A DNA stretch of 62,219 nucleotides, counting the filler, from Sphacelaria rigidula (Eukaryota): the NCBI GenBank assembly GCA_964200075.2. It is 8 parts of 8 records of this genome, joined end to end, with 100 filler letters (N's around TTAATTAATTAA, not from the genome) between each part and the next. Parts side by side here need not be neighbours in the genome. Positions count along the whole stretch, not along the records: positions 1 to 7,691 come from CAXNAA020013775.1; positions 7,792 to 15,482 come from CAXNAA020013776.1; 6 more parts are not named here. One strand, written 5' to 3'. Within the stretch, counting starts at the first letter, position 1. Every line of letters begins with the position of its first letter. The notes beneath the pieces are model-generated. The model was not told the DNA's origin. It saw only the letters and a list, made by a program, of their open reading frames with translations, and searched no databases. Made by a program: the position numbers and the translations under genes. Shown one piece after another: positions 1 to 12,389 of the stretch.

Positions 1-120
1 CCTTATGCTGTCAAACTCATGTGCCGTACAGCTGCAGCACGACTTCACCATTTGTCATTTCTGTGCTTTGTCTCCGTATATCCAGTACAACGTACCTCAT
101 TATTAAATTTTTATTCAGCA
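1..120 (-). repeat. Exact inverted copy of 709-828
   Basis: Reverse complement of 1-120 is identical to 709-828 (tgctgaataaaa...gacagcataagg). Confidence 0.95.
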
Positions 121-121
121 G

Positions 122-1869
122 ACTTGGATGCAGTGCAGTTGGTGAACGAGTTGGGAACAGTGCATATTACAGCAGCTAGGGGAATTACTTGGATTCTCGA
201 AACAAATGAGTACGCCCCCCCCCCTTTTGAAGTCTTCCCCTTTCCCCCACCCGTCAGTGCCTGAAACAACGTAGAGTTCTCGACAATCCAACATGGTGAC
301 AGATACAGGCAATGCAGTCCAACACGACACAAATTCAGGGGTCAGGTGGAATGTGGGTGTGGCGTTTCAGTTTGGTCCCCCTGAAGGTGTGAGGCAAACA
401 CTTCGTGTACGAGGTGTTTCGGATTGGGTGGTCGGATATGGAAGGAACTTCTTGCTATTGAGACAGCGGTGGTACTTGTCCAATGTTTACGGCCAATCCA
501 GAGCTCGAAGGGGGATGTGCCAGACGATAGCATGGCGTCGGGTCGTACGGTAGGGTACGATTGCGCAAGAGTGTGTGTGAAACGTACTTTCTCTGGGGTC
601 AAGATTTGTACAATTCTGTAACCTTTTCAGCAGCCGTCCTCCTAGGTTCTCGAATCCTGTGAAGCTGTGAACATAATTAAGGCGAAAAAAATACAATTAA
701 ACAACGCATGCTGAATAAAAATTTAATAATGAGGTACGTTGTACTGGATATACGGAGACAAAGCACAGAAATGACAAATGGTGAAGTCGTGCTGCAGCTG
801 TACGGCACATGAGTTTGACAGCATAAGGAGAGCGCGCGCGTACCTACATCGTGCAGCAATATGGTTACATTTTCTGCTTATTTAGAATATCGGTCAGCGG
901 GGCGACTAGAATGCTACGCTCCTGGACAAACTGTCCAAGGTACCCGGTGGGTTTATAAACGAACGTAGTTTTTCGATTGTATGGACGTGACGTCTGAGCA
1001 ATTGCGTTGCACTTGGAGGGGGCTGGTTATATGTCGGTATTATCGGTTAACAGGCTAGGGAACCTGTGAGACCCTGCAGTAAAGACATATTTGTCGAATT
1101 TGGCGAATTTTATTGAACATAAAATCGTGTAGTCGACAAACTTTGCCGGGGAAAGTTGGGCGAGAAACACGTCGGTCAAGAAGCTTGTGCATTTTTTTCT
1201 GATCATGCGGCGTTCTCATGGTGGGAAGCCGCGTTGTTTTGTGGCAAAGGGTGTGCACGCGAGACAACAACCACCAAAACATATGGAGCTCGTGCTTCGC
1301 CCCCCCCCAAGGGGGTTCAGCGACCACATCGGCGAAATGAGTGTCTGAAAACCATATGTAGGGTCTGTAGGAAATGTCAAAGACACGGTATATAGTCGCG
1401 CAGTCACCTTGCATGGTATGCTAGACATGAAGGGCAAAAAGATAAAGTAGGGCAACTAAGTCTGCGTACTGCACAAGTAATGTCAAGATGTTGCACGAAA
1501 ATATTTGTGGTTGCATGGTCTCGAAAGCCAAGTTTAAAGCACCTGAACAAAGTAGTATCCAACTACGGTATCAGGAAGGGACAAGGTAGTAGTCAAGTAC
1601 GGTACAGGGTGCGCCAAGAAGTCAACCTGTTGAATAGAAAACTTAAACAATCGATCACCAGAGTGGGATTAAAATGGATATCATGTCAAGTGACACCAAG
1701 GCAATAACCCTGCCACCAGAATCCTATAAAAAGGTACACGGGATTAGCTATACCAAGCCAGATTGCTGACACTCCACGCCGGAACATACCGTCATGAGCA
1801 AACCGTTCATTGTTTCCTGCGTGTCCTCCCCAAAGCAATCACGTTCAGCGCCGGTCCCCTCATCGGGAT
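122..1869 (+). repeat. Direct duplication, copy A (copy B at 5958-7691, cut by contig end)
   Basis: Colinear, highly similar but not identical sequence with scattered substitutions and small indels; offset about 5.83 kb. Confidence 0.95.
340..1460 (-). mobile_element. Decayed, internally deleted Ty3/gypsy pol relic (RT thumb/connection and integrase C-terminal fragments); second copy about 6180-7260
   Basis: Minus-strand peptides IDNTGVQPAPSKCNAIAQ...TGYLGQFVQGRSILVAPLNDIL (gypsy RT G.TGY.R.FV..YS....PL motif; ORF 6707-7012) and PDAMLSSGTSPFELWIGRK (integrase-tail SPFELLFGR-like); broken by stops and frameshifts. Confidence 0.65.
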
Positions 1870-2198
1870 GTGACATACCCAAGGCAAGAGTGTAGGTGAA
1901 ACAAGGGAGGAAGTAATAGAGGGCAAGATTAGTACGCGTTGAAAGTCTTGGAGTCAGTGAAAATATGGCTCGGTTTTATACCACGTGACTTAGATCGGAA
2001 TGTCATGTGCCGTGCGGTAAATTCGGCGTTTCGGCCTTGCGAACCAGATAGATGAAACGATTACAAGCGGAATCCTGCTCAAGCATGATGAGTACAGGTA
2101 GCGCAACAGACAAGGTCCTGCAGATAGCCTACACCCGCACGGTCAAAAGAAAAACATCACGATCGATCGCCAAATACAAAACTAACAAAACATGAAAT

Positions 2199-2395
2199 GA
2201 AAAATCGTGCAGCTCTACAGAGCAAGACGACGGCGGCGCAAAATTATAAAACACGCAATACAATCGGATGGCTCAAAAGAAAGTTATGGTAGACGCGAAA
2301 AATCGTGCAGCTCTACAGAGCAAGACGATGGCGACGCATCAATATAAAACACAAAATGCAATCAGGTTGCTCAAAAGAAAGTTATAGTAGACGCG
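2199..2395 (+). repeat. Two-unit tandem repeat of about 98 bp
   Basis: gaaaaatcgtgcagctctacagagcaagacg...gctcaaaagaaagttat..tagacgc occurs twice in tandem. Confidence 0.85.
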
Positions 2396-2878
2396 ACACC
2401 CGGAGATGCAGAAAATATTGAAGTGCATGATGAAAGAAAATCAATCAAGACTGAAAAAATTGGAAGCTTTACCGCACGTGCATTTCACAAATCCCCATGA
2501 CCACAATAAAAATGCAAACCATACTGATCATGATGGGTTGGTTGTCCCAATTCTTTTTGCAACAAAACTACCGGAATGATATGAAGAATGTCTAGAAAAC
2601 GATCATTGCTGGTTAGGTACAGCGATGATATTATGGCTGAACAGGTGTAGGTTAGGCTAAGGTGATACAATGCAGGCGACTATGAAAAAACAAAAACTGT
2701 GCGATCAGATCAAAGCAAAGTTCATAAAGAACATGAGGGCGGAAAAAATGCGTGCACATGTCAACATGCGATGCAATAGCGAGCGAGAAAATTACAGCCG
2801 ACAGTAGGCGGTAGAGGCTAAAACAACACAACAAGCGGGACAACAACAGAAAACCAGGGTAGCAGAAAGCACGGTGGA

Positions 2879-2880
<2 letters not shown>

Positions 2881-2912
<32 letters not shown>

Positions 2913-2937
2913 TACAACCGCAACAACAACCACAACC

Positions 2938-3024
<87 letters not shown>

Positions 3025-3030
3025 GCAACA
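2881..3030 (+). repeat. Compound (CAG)n/(CAA)n microsatellite
   Basis: (CAG)9 followed by a long CAA run. Confidence 0.97.
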
Positions 3031-3104
3031 GTAGCCATTGACATCAGCGACAACAGACAACAGACAATAACAACGACAACAACACAGAGCAGCAACAACC
3101 AACG

Positions 3105-3435
3105 ACACACAGCAGCTGCGCGGCGGCGACGAACAGCAGCACAGAAAAGCAGCACAGCCGTGCGGCGAGCAGCAGCAACACACAGCGGCGGCACGGCAGC
3201 GACGAACAACAGCACAGAAAAGCAGCACAGCCGTGCGGCGAGCAGCAGCAACACCCAGCGGCGGCACGGCAGCGACGAACAACAGCACAGAAAAGCAGCA
3301 CAGCCGTGCGGCGAGCAGCAGCAACACACAGCGGCGGCACGGCGGCGACGAACAGCAGCACAGAAAAGCAGCACAGCCGTGCGGCGAGCAGCAGCAACAC
3401 ACAGCGGCGGCACGGCAGCGACGAACAGCAGCACA
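3105..3435 (+). repeat. 73-bp GC-rich minisatellite (about 4 units)
   Basis: Unit gcggcggcacggcagcgacgaacaacagcacagaaaagcagcacagccgtgcggcgagcagcagcaacacaca; it accounts for the repetitive ORFs on both strands. Confidence 0.93.
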
Positions 3436-5539
3436 CAACAACAGCGAAAACCACAACAACGGACAACAACGACGCGGCTGCACAGCTTCCGCAGCTGTCT
3501 GGAGCCTGATGTCCCGAAACGCCCCGCAGTATTTGTTGACCCTCTGGTTCGTGGAACTCGTGCAATCTCGTTCAACCGTATTGACTTTTATCAATTGTTT
3601 TGGCTAGGCTATTTCACTTTTGCTTTGAACGTCTGCAGTGGCGTGCTGATGAACCATCCCGGATGAGCTTGTGCATAAAGTTGTTGGTGGCGCACTGCGT
3701 AGGTTGCATGTAACGAAGTGCAATGCGGCGGGTACGGAGCACAGGGCACCCACGGGGCAAAACAAACTACATAGCCCACGCTCAACTATTTATGCTCAAC
3801 GTGCATATGGTAGGTAGACAGAACAAAAGAGTACGAAGAGCCGAAGCAGCATACCATCATAGTACACAATACATGCTCTCATAGTACACTGTACATGCTC
3901 TCCAAACATCCCAGTGACACAAAGTCGTGAACTTCAAAAGCACTGTCTACTACATGCCAAATGATGTTGCAGGTAAGATACGCTGTGGACACCACAATTT
4001 GTGAACAGGCACACTATTAACTCTATATAAAAGAAGTAACATTTTAGCTCATTCGACCCACATGCCAGAAAACCCTCCCCTCCGAAAGTTTGTGGTCGAA
4101 GCATGCCAGTGTTGACTCTACACAAGCAAGGGTTGGACACCATGTCATGGTACGGTACTCACCGCCTAGGTAGGAAGGTGCCAGTTCAGTGAGCACCTGG
4201 GCTAGCGGGCTCAAACACAACCATGAGTATCGAAGCCATCGAGCTCGACTTTACCGAGTGCAGAGCCAGTCATGTTCGCAGCGTCGGGTTGCAGACCTGA
4301 TGAGCCGCTCAGACGTCAGAACAACATATATATGTTGCATGAAGGTCAGGCTTACATTTGTGAAGACCAGAGAATCCTCTGAGATAGCAGTCCGTGATGG
4401 CGTAGATGTTCTTGTATTATTGGCGTACAGGCTAACTTGAGCTTTGCTAGTTAAGATGCATAGTCCAAAACGCTGTGACACGTGAGGGCAGCCGGCTCGA
4501 TCCAACCATAATGGAGTATGACCCATCAGGTACCAAGCATGACAAAGTATGACACATGGGAACCTAATCGACTGGACAATGACCAATAAATCTGTAACAT
4601 CCCCCTAGCCATATTTATATGGCTAAACAAAATAATATTGGAAGGCTGGAAATGCCAGAACAAAAACAAAGCCTGTGCATCATACGCCTGAAAGTAAAAC
4701 GAGAAAAACCTGCTGAATTACAGTACAGGGGAAAACTCGTTGCAGATATAATGAATGGGTAAACCCTGATAAGGAGGAGAAAACTCCATCCGTTAGGAAA
4801 GGAAAAAATCTATAACGCCCTGTACAACGACGAAAACAGCAGACACGTACGGTCGCTGTCGTTTTCCCGGGATCTCAGTTAGACTGGAGAACGATCAGCT
4901 AGTTAGCTGGATCGTGCGTCGACAGCCTGGATCAGTTACACTGGATTCTGGGGTAGTGCAGGGCTTGAACGTCGCTAAAAACAACCTTTCCACGAAGTGA
5001 TCAATAGTTACAGGAGTGCAGCTTTTGAGGGGTGCTCTTCTGTAACTACTGACGCCTATTCTTCTGGAACTAGAGCCTACGCGCCTTGGCTCACACATGA
5101 TCGTATGTTACCAAATGGGGAGCAATCGATATCAAAGCGACAGAAGAAAAAGACAAGAACACTCGAAATTCATGACTGAAGCGTACGGTAGCAGCAATAT
5201 ATAGTTTGTCATTCCCTTATTTCATCACCCATTCCTCTCGCAATAATATCATATACCACATCACACAACAGCTATTCGTAAACGTCCTTGGCCCCAGTCT
5301 CTCTTTGGTTCCTCCGTTCCAGCTTGGGACGCTCGAGTTCCCGACGAGATACCTCTTTCCAGTCTCCATCTTCGTATCGTACTCGCCGAAAGAAATTCCC
5401 ATAACCATACACATGGTGCTTCAGCTTGGCACTACTATACCCTTTTCAGGAGGTAGCACCTATGGGCAAAAGCTTCAAGGCATCACTTCGTGGGGAAGCG
5501 GGGTGCTTCCAGTGCGATGGCGGGGTCGAAGAAACTGTG

Positions 5540-6035
5540 GGGTGATACAGGTGCAAAAGGCTCATGACGCAGTATGGGGCAATGGGCTGTGGGAACATAC
5601 ATGAGGAACTGTGATCAAAGGAAAGGTGTGGACGATGAAGACGACAGAAATGTGCCAAAAGTGCGATGGTGCTAAAAAGGGAAATATCGAAATATTTCGA
5701 TATTTTGCAAGGAGGCGCACCAGGATGTACGTTATCACCCTCTCTACTTGAGGTATTCTTTGATGATCTGATACTAGCATTAGACATTGCAAAGCAAGGG
5801 GTAAAGTTGCTGAAGAAATTGGAAGCAGGGCAGATAATGATAATGATAATACTTTGATGCGGAAACTGTGCAAATGGCAGCTGGTAAAAGAATACTTGGA
5901 TGCAATAAAATTAGTGAGCAAGTTGTAAACAGTACAGATTGCAACAGCTCAGAGAATACTTGGATGCAGTGAAGTTGGTGAAGGAGTTCGGAACAGTACA
6001 GATTACAGCAGCTAGGGGAATTACTTGGATGCTCG
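5540..6035 (+). mobile_element. Decayed non-LTR (LINE) reverse transcriptase fragment
   Basis: QVQKAHDAVWGNGLWE (D.QKAYD.VW motif), FDILQGGAPGCTLSPSLLEVFFDDL (GV.QGC.LSP.LF motif), then ETVQMAAGKRILGC repeated as ~63-bp units; stops present. Confidence 0.8.
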
Positions 6036-7691
6036 AAGCAAATGAGTACGCCCCCCCCCCTTTTGAAGCCTTTCCCTTTTCCCCACCCGTCAGTGCCTGA
6101 AACAACGTAGAGTTCTCGACAATCCAACATGGTGACAGATACAGGCAATGCAGTCCAACACGACACAAATTCAGGGGCCAGGTGGAATGTGGGTGTGGCG
6201 TTCCAGTTTGGTCCCCCTCAAGGTGTGACGCAAACACTTCGGGTATGAGGTGTTTCGGATGGGGTGGGCGGACATGGAAGGAACATCTTGCTATTGAGAC
6301 AGCGGTGGTACGTGTGTAATGTTTACGGCCAGGTCAGAGCTCGAAGGGGAATGTGTCAGACGGTAGCATGGCGTCGGGTCGTCGGGTAGGGTACGATTGC
6401 GTAAGAGTGTGCGTGAAACGTACTCTCTCTGGGGCCAAGATTTGTACAATTCTGTAACCTTTTCAGCAGCCGTCCCCCTAGGTTCTCGAATCCTGTGAAA
6501 CTGCAGACATAATTATGGCGAAAATAAAATTAGACAATGCATGCTGAATAAAACTATAATAATGCGGTACGTTGTACTGAATATACGGAGACAAAGCACA
6601 GAAATGACAAGTGGTGAGGTCTTGCTGCAGTTGTACGGCACATGAGTTTGACAGCATAAGGAGAGCGCGCGTGTACCTACATCGTGCAGCAATATGGTTA
6701 CCTTTCCTACTTATATAGAATATCATTCAGCGGGGCGACTAGAATGCTACGCCCCTGGACAAACTGTCCAAGGTACCCGGTGGGTTTGGAAACGAACATA
6801 GTTTTTCGATTGTATGGACGTGACGTCTGAGCAATTGCGTTGCATTTGGAGGGGGCTGGCTGTACGCCGGTATTATCGATTAACAGGCTACGGAACCTGT
6901 GAGACCCTGCAGTAAAGATATATTTGGCGAATATGGCGAATTTTACTGAACATAAAATCGTGTAGTCGACAAACTTTGCCGGGGAAAGTTGGGTGAGAAA
7001 CACCTCGGTCAAGAAGCTTGTGCATTTCTTTTCTGATCATGCGGCGTTCTCATGGTAGGAAGCCGCGTTGTTTTGTGGCACAGGGTGTGCACGCGAGACA
7101 ACAACCAGCAAAACATATGGACCCCCCCCCAAGGGGGTTCAGCGACCACATCGGCGGAATGAGTTTCTGAAAACCATATGTAGGGTCTGTAGGAAATGTC
7201 AAAGGCACGGTATGTAGTCGCGCAGTCACCTTGCATGGTACGCTAGACATGCAGGGCAAAAAGATAAAGCAGGGAAACTAAGTCTGCGTACTGCACAAGT
7301 AATGGCAAGACATTGCACGAAAATATTTGTGGTTGCATGGTATCGAAAGCCCAGTTTAAAGCACCTGAACAAAGTAGTATCCAACTACGGTATCAGGAAG
7401 GGACAAGGTAGAAGTCAACTACGGTACAGGGTGCATCAAGAAGTCAACCTGTTGAATAGCAAACTTATACAATCGATCACCTGAGTGAGATAAAAATGGA
7501 GATCATATCAAGTGACACCAAGGCAATAACCCTTCCACCAGAATCCTATAAAAAAGTACACGGAATTAGCTATACCAAGCCAGATTGCTGACACTCCACG
7601 CCGGAACATACCGTCATGAGCAAACCGTTCATTGTTTCCTGCGTGTCCTCCCCAAAGCAATCACGTTCAGCGCCGGTCCCCTCATCGGGAT
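5958..7691 (+). repeat. Direct duplication, copy B of 122-1869
   Basis: Matches 122-1869 from acttggatgcagtg to ctcatcgggat. Confidence 0.95.
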
Positions 7692-7791
7692 NNNNNNNNN
7701 NNNNNNNNNNNNNNNNNNNNNNNNNNNNNNNNNNNTTAATTAATTAANNNNNNNNNNNNNNNNNNNNNNNNNNNNNNNNNNNNNNNNNNNN
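7692..7791. other. Artificial contig spacer (N-run with TTAATTAATTAA); identical spacers at 15483-15582, 23274-23373, 31064-31163, 38854-38953, 46643-46742, 54432-54531
   Basis: Seven identical 100-bp spacers carrying a six-frame-stop linker; the segments between them decrease monotonically from 7691 to 7688 bp. Confidence 0.97.
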
Positions 7792-7942
7792 ATTGATGCC
7801 GATTCAACGGAAGACTAACCTCGCGGTCTGAGGGTTAACCCTTAGACCGCAAGGTTAGTCTTCTGTTGAATCGGCATCAATTTCAAGTTAAAAAAAAAGT
7901 ATGCATGGTCCAGAAAGACTAATCTCGCGGTCTAAGGGTTAA
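7792..7942. mobile_element. piggyBac-like MITE pair, head-to-head (partial 7792-7834; full 7839-7938)
   Basis: TTAA-CCCTTAGACCGC...GCGGTCTAAGGG-TTAA; shared TTAA at 7835-7838. Confidence 0.85.
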
Positions 7943-8754
7943 GACAGGCCCTAAAGTGGGTTAATATATATACCCTATACAGTATTATGGTCTATTTTGG
8001 GAATCTTTTTGAGAATGTTTATGAGAATTCTCAGAAAAATCTCAAAAGCGCCAAAAATTAGTACCCTCTCTGCCCACTACAACCATTCTAGCGATGAACT
8101 CGCCCCTCAGCACACCCCCACCTCGCAAACGGGGCGTCGAGATATCGGTTGGGTGGCCGGAATGGCGGTAGAGATTGCGATGGTCATGCAGCCCCGTGGG
8201 AAAGGCGTGAAATACGGCCATTTTTGGACCGACTGATTTTTTTCGGCCGTTCGGCCGTTCGGCCGCATGGTTCAAGCACCGGCTGTAGAAAAAAAAACTC
8301 GAAAAACACCGCAGATTTCAACAAAATAGTCGAAGAGCAGATCGGACACGGTTGAGGGCCGGTACAAATTTAGGTACTCTGACTCATGAGACAGAGGAAG
8401 TATTTCACGGCGACATTTTTTCATACGTCGGACAGATCATGATCTGTCTGAAACAACTAATGAAAGAAGACTCTCGAGCCCGTTGGTCCAAAAACACAAA
8501 ATATGTGACAGCGGAATCAGTAAAGCCAAAGCGCAACCTTTGCACTACTCGGCATGCTCAGCGTCCGCCACCGTAAGGAGCAAACATGGACAAGTTGGGT
8601 CAGATGATACGGATCATAATCCGGATCAGTATACTGAGAAGAAGTAATTTTCAGACGGATCATGATCTGTCCGACGTGTGCATTTTTTGCATGTGTTGTG
8701 TTTCTAGTCTTGTACCAGTACAAAATACCACATGATCAATGGAGATGAATGGAT

Positions 8755-9582
8755 CACAGGCACCGTAGGTAAGGTACCGTACCGAGCGTAACCCCGGTAT
8801 TTACCGGGGTATCCCATACCGTGGTATGCCTAGGTATCGTAGGTATGACATTTCAAAATACCGGATTGGTCGGGTACGGTAGGTACTGAAATTTCGAAAT
8901 ACCCTGGTATCGTAGGGGTATCACATTTGAAAATATCGGATTTGGCGGGTACGGTAGGTACTGAAATTTCGAAATACGCTGGTGTCGTCGGTATCGTGGG
9001 TATGACATTTGAAAATACCGGATTGGGTCGGTATCGGTAGGGTATGAGATGTCCCAAGTACCGGTACCGGGTACCTGTCTTACCCCCTATACAGAATTCA
9101 AAACCGATCACCTAGCAGTGCGAAGCGTGTCAGACCTGGGTGCACGTTGGGCAAGCGAAGTTTTCACAGGCACCGTAGGTAAGGTACCGTACCGAGCGTA
9201 ACCCCGGTATTTACCGGGGTATCCCATACTGTGGTATGCCTAGGTATCGTAGGTATGACATTTCAAAATACCAGATTGGTCGGGTACGGTAGGTACCGAA
9301 ATCTCGAAATACTCTGGTATCGTAGATATCCTAGGTATGACATTTCAAAATACCAGATTGGGCGGGTACGGTAGGTATTGAAATTCCGAAATACCCTGGT
9401 ACTGCAGGTATCGTAGGTATGACATTTGAAAATACCGGATTTGGCGGGTACGGTAGGAACTGAAATTTCGAAATACCCTGGTATCGCAGGTATCGTAGGT
9501 GTGACATTTCAAAATACCGGACTGGGTCGGTATCGGTAGGGTGTGAGATGTCCGAAATACCGGTACCGGGTAGGTGCCTGTG
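8755..9582. mobile_element. Two copies (8755-9079, 9165-9582) of a MITE-like element with CACAGGCACC/GGTGCCTGTG termini and internal GGTAC/GGTATC subrepeats
   Basis: Near-identical 5' ends cacaggcaccgtaggtaaggtaccg; the second copy ends ggtgcctgtg; copies differ in subrepeat number. Confidence 0.75.
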
Positions 9583-10209
9583 AAATGTATATACTTCGAG
9601 TATCAGTCACGCCGTGCTGTGGAATTCGCCATGACCTTCGCATACTGGACAAACGGTTTCCTCCCGCCGCATGAATAACTTCGAAAAACTAGAACAAATG
9701 AATAGCGACAGATCGCTTGAACTCCGCGATCGTCGCCGCCGGTACCTCGAAAAAAAAAACACCGACGTGCCTCCTTCAGCCTCTACTCTTGTTTTTATCC
9801 TCCCTCCTTAATCTTCGGTCTACTCCTTTTCCTCCTCTTCTTCCTCCTCCTCCTCCTCCTCCTCCTCCTCCTCCTCCATCTCCCCGCCCCCTACCCCAGA
9901 GCCCGCATCCTTCTTTTCCTCCATATATGGATGTGTGTGTACTGTCTACTGTCTACTGTCTAAATAGTCTGGAGTGTGTGCGTGTGTGTGCGGACTCCTG
10001 TATATTATATGTTGCTGCTCTGCAGCTGTAGATGAAAAGATGAGAAAGTCCGAGAATCCGCGACGCAGCAACGAGCGCGCGCGCTGGGGTTTCGCACACA
10101 GAATGACCCCCCAGCCGTTGAAGATAATGCCGAAAAGAAGGGTCCTGGATAGAAAGAAGAAACTGCGCTAAAGGAGGCAGGGGCCTACACCGTACATGTT
10201 CAACGAGGC

Positions 10210-10492
10210 GACCTAGAGTTTTGGTCGTATATCTATGGTTGATTTTTTCGAACAAACTAACGATAACGCTAACCGTAACCCTAACCCCGACCCAAGGCGT
10301 ACGAGATCCTCGGGCAAGGGGGGTGTATGGGTTCTCCTAAACAACAGTGTGCGTTGGTAGATCTGAAATCGTGAGCGGATTTCGACAAAAACGCGTTCTG
10401 GAACGAATCAAAACTTTTTTCAGAACTTTCTCAAGTCTAAAATCAAATAGGCATGTTGTCAACCATAGATATACGATCAATACTCGAGGTCT
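10210..10492. mobile_element. MITE with ~33-bp terminal inverted repeats
   Basis: gacctagagttttggtcgtatatctatggttga ... tcaaccatagatatacgatcaatactcgaggtc. Confidence 0.7.
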
Positions 10493-11256
10493 ACTGCGTT
10501 CAAATTTCGCGTTTCACGTCAAAAATTAGCCTTTAGACCGCGGTGCGGGTAGTCCATCTGGATCATGCATACTTTTTTCAAGTGGATGTTGATGCCGATG
10601 CAGCAGGTGACCGATCCTCGCGGTCAAAGAGGGGAGCCATGATTTTACTTGACTTTTGAACAGAGCTCCCCACGTGGTCCCCGTCCCCCGCCGAAGTACT
10701 ACGAGTAGTAGCATGGCCTAACTTTTGACGTGAAACGTGAGACGTGAAATATGAAATATGAAATGTGAAACGTGTAACGTGTAGGGCCCTGAAAGGAGGA
10801 GGTCCGTCTAGTTGTCTGCAGGTTTTCTGCCCGAGGAAATCGCAAGTGTGCATTTTTCTATCGGAAATCTGCGCCAGGCAATCCCACTTATGCTCTATCC
10901 TTTCTGGAAACTGCTGTTTCTAAAAATCTGCGATATACTTCGGTGTTCCTGCTGTTTTTTTCACAGCCGTTTTTTTGCGTAAAAATACGGAATTCTGCTT
11001 TTTTTGCGGTCGCAGAAGGAGTAAGGGTCTATCCTCGTACAGCATGCCATACGTACTGACTCCGCGTGCACCTGAATGCAGGGTAACAACCGGTGACGGG
11101 GTCTCCGAAAATTGCTACATAGATACCCAACATCCACATATCCATATGCTCTTGAAAAAAGGCGACTTGTGTGGCGAGAAAACAGCTGTTCTGAACCCCA
11201 AATGTGGCAAAGTCCATCCGAGTCTATCTGAGGAGGGTTAGCAGTCCAAGGTTTAG

Positions 11257-11354
11257 CTCTTAGACCGCGAGATTAGTGTTTCTGGATCATGCATACTTTT
11301 TTTCAGTTGAAATTGATGCCGATTCAACAGAAGACTAACCTCGCGGTCTAAGGG
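11257..11354 (-). mobile_element. piggyBac-like MITE copy; divergent subfamily copies at about 10530-10631 and 33322-33422
   Basis: Same ~98-bp sequence as 7839-7938 in reverse orientation, ending AAGGG-TTAA. Confidence 0.85.
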
Positions 11355-11629
11355 TTAAATGCGTTTGAGTGAAAACTGGAGATGAGATCCAGTTTTCACG
11401 AACACGTCCCGAATCCATGAAAAAACTCGATAACCACTTTTTTTGTTCTGTTGTGCCCTAGCGATTCTACATACCCAACTTGACAGTCCAACTCTCAAAC
11501 CTGAGGCGAGAATGGGCCACTTTGAGCCTGGGCCAGTCGAGATTCGGAACAGTATTTTGAAGGCCATTTACTTGCCCAGTTTAGGTACTTGTGCTTCTAA
11601 ATTTTGTGTGGGAAATCGCTAGGGCATAA

Positions 11630-12127
11630 GGCTGCTCCTTATGGCAGACACTGATGAAAATCTGGAAAAGTGCCTTTCTAGATTTTTTACGCCATTGTAC
11701 GCCCTGGAAGAAAGCTGGGCGGACTGTGACACCTTGGAATGCCTAGCTGTACTCGTGGAACGGTTTCAGCACACCTGTGCGTTTTTGCGGTGGTCGCACT
11801 TTTGTTTTGGCAAACCATTCATTTTTATCGGAAACAGCTCATTTTTCTCGCATACCGGTCAAGTCCAGACAAATCTCGGAATTTTTTCTGGACTTGGTCG
11901 GTCTTCGAGAAAAGTGACCGATCTCCGAGAAAACGCAACTTTGGGCAAGAAAATACTGCGACCACCGGAAAAATCGCATAGGTGTGCTGGACTCGTTTCA
12001 ACTAGTACAGCAAGTCATTCCAAGATGTCAAAAACCACCTAGCTCTTTTTTAGGGTGTAAAACGACGCAAAAGCTCCCAGAGAGCATTTTCCCAGATTTT
12101 TATTTTCGTCTGCCATCAAGAGCAGTC
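11630..12127. mobile_element. PIF/Harbinger (Tourist)-like fold-back MITE
   Basis: TIR GGCTGCTCCTTATGGCAGAC ... GTCTGCCATCAAGAGCAGTC, flanked by a 3-bp TAA duplication; long internal inverted symmetry. Confidence 0.8.
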
Positions 12128-12389
12128 TAACAATAAATAAAGTGGATTGGGACATGATGATTTTCTGCCCCCTTTTTCATGAGTTCGCGATTTTTTAGTG
12201 CGGTAAGGACCATTTTGTTGACGAGGTCGTCCTTCGCTCACGGAGAAAAAATGAAGGCTCACCGTTTTCTGTTTTCAGTATAACCCTTGCGATTCCCCAT
12301 GCTCAATCACAAATAAAAAATCTGAAAAGTGACGAGAGAAACTGAGTTAAGGACCAAAAATCATGTTAATTTCACCAAACGCCCACTCA

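Noticed and set aside
2652-3666. Long ORFs (poly-V/L/C and repetitive peptides)
   Set aside because: Artefacts of the CAA/CAG microsatellite and the 73-bp minisatellite.
10268-10292. Telomeric repeat (CCCTAA)
   Set aside because: Only a few degenerate units inside a MITE; not a chromosome end.
10526-10714. MLLL... frame as the G-alpha P-loop exon
   Set aside because: Reads MLLLVVLRRGTGTT, not LLLGAGESGKST, and runs into a MITE.
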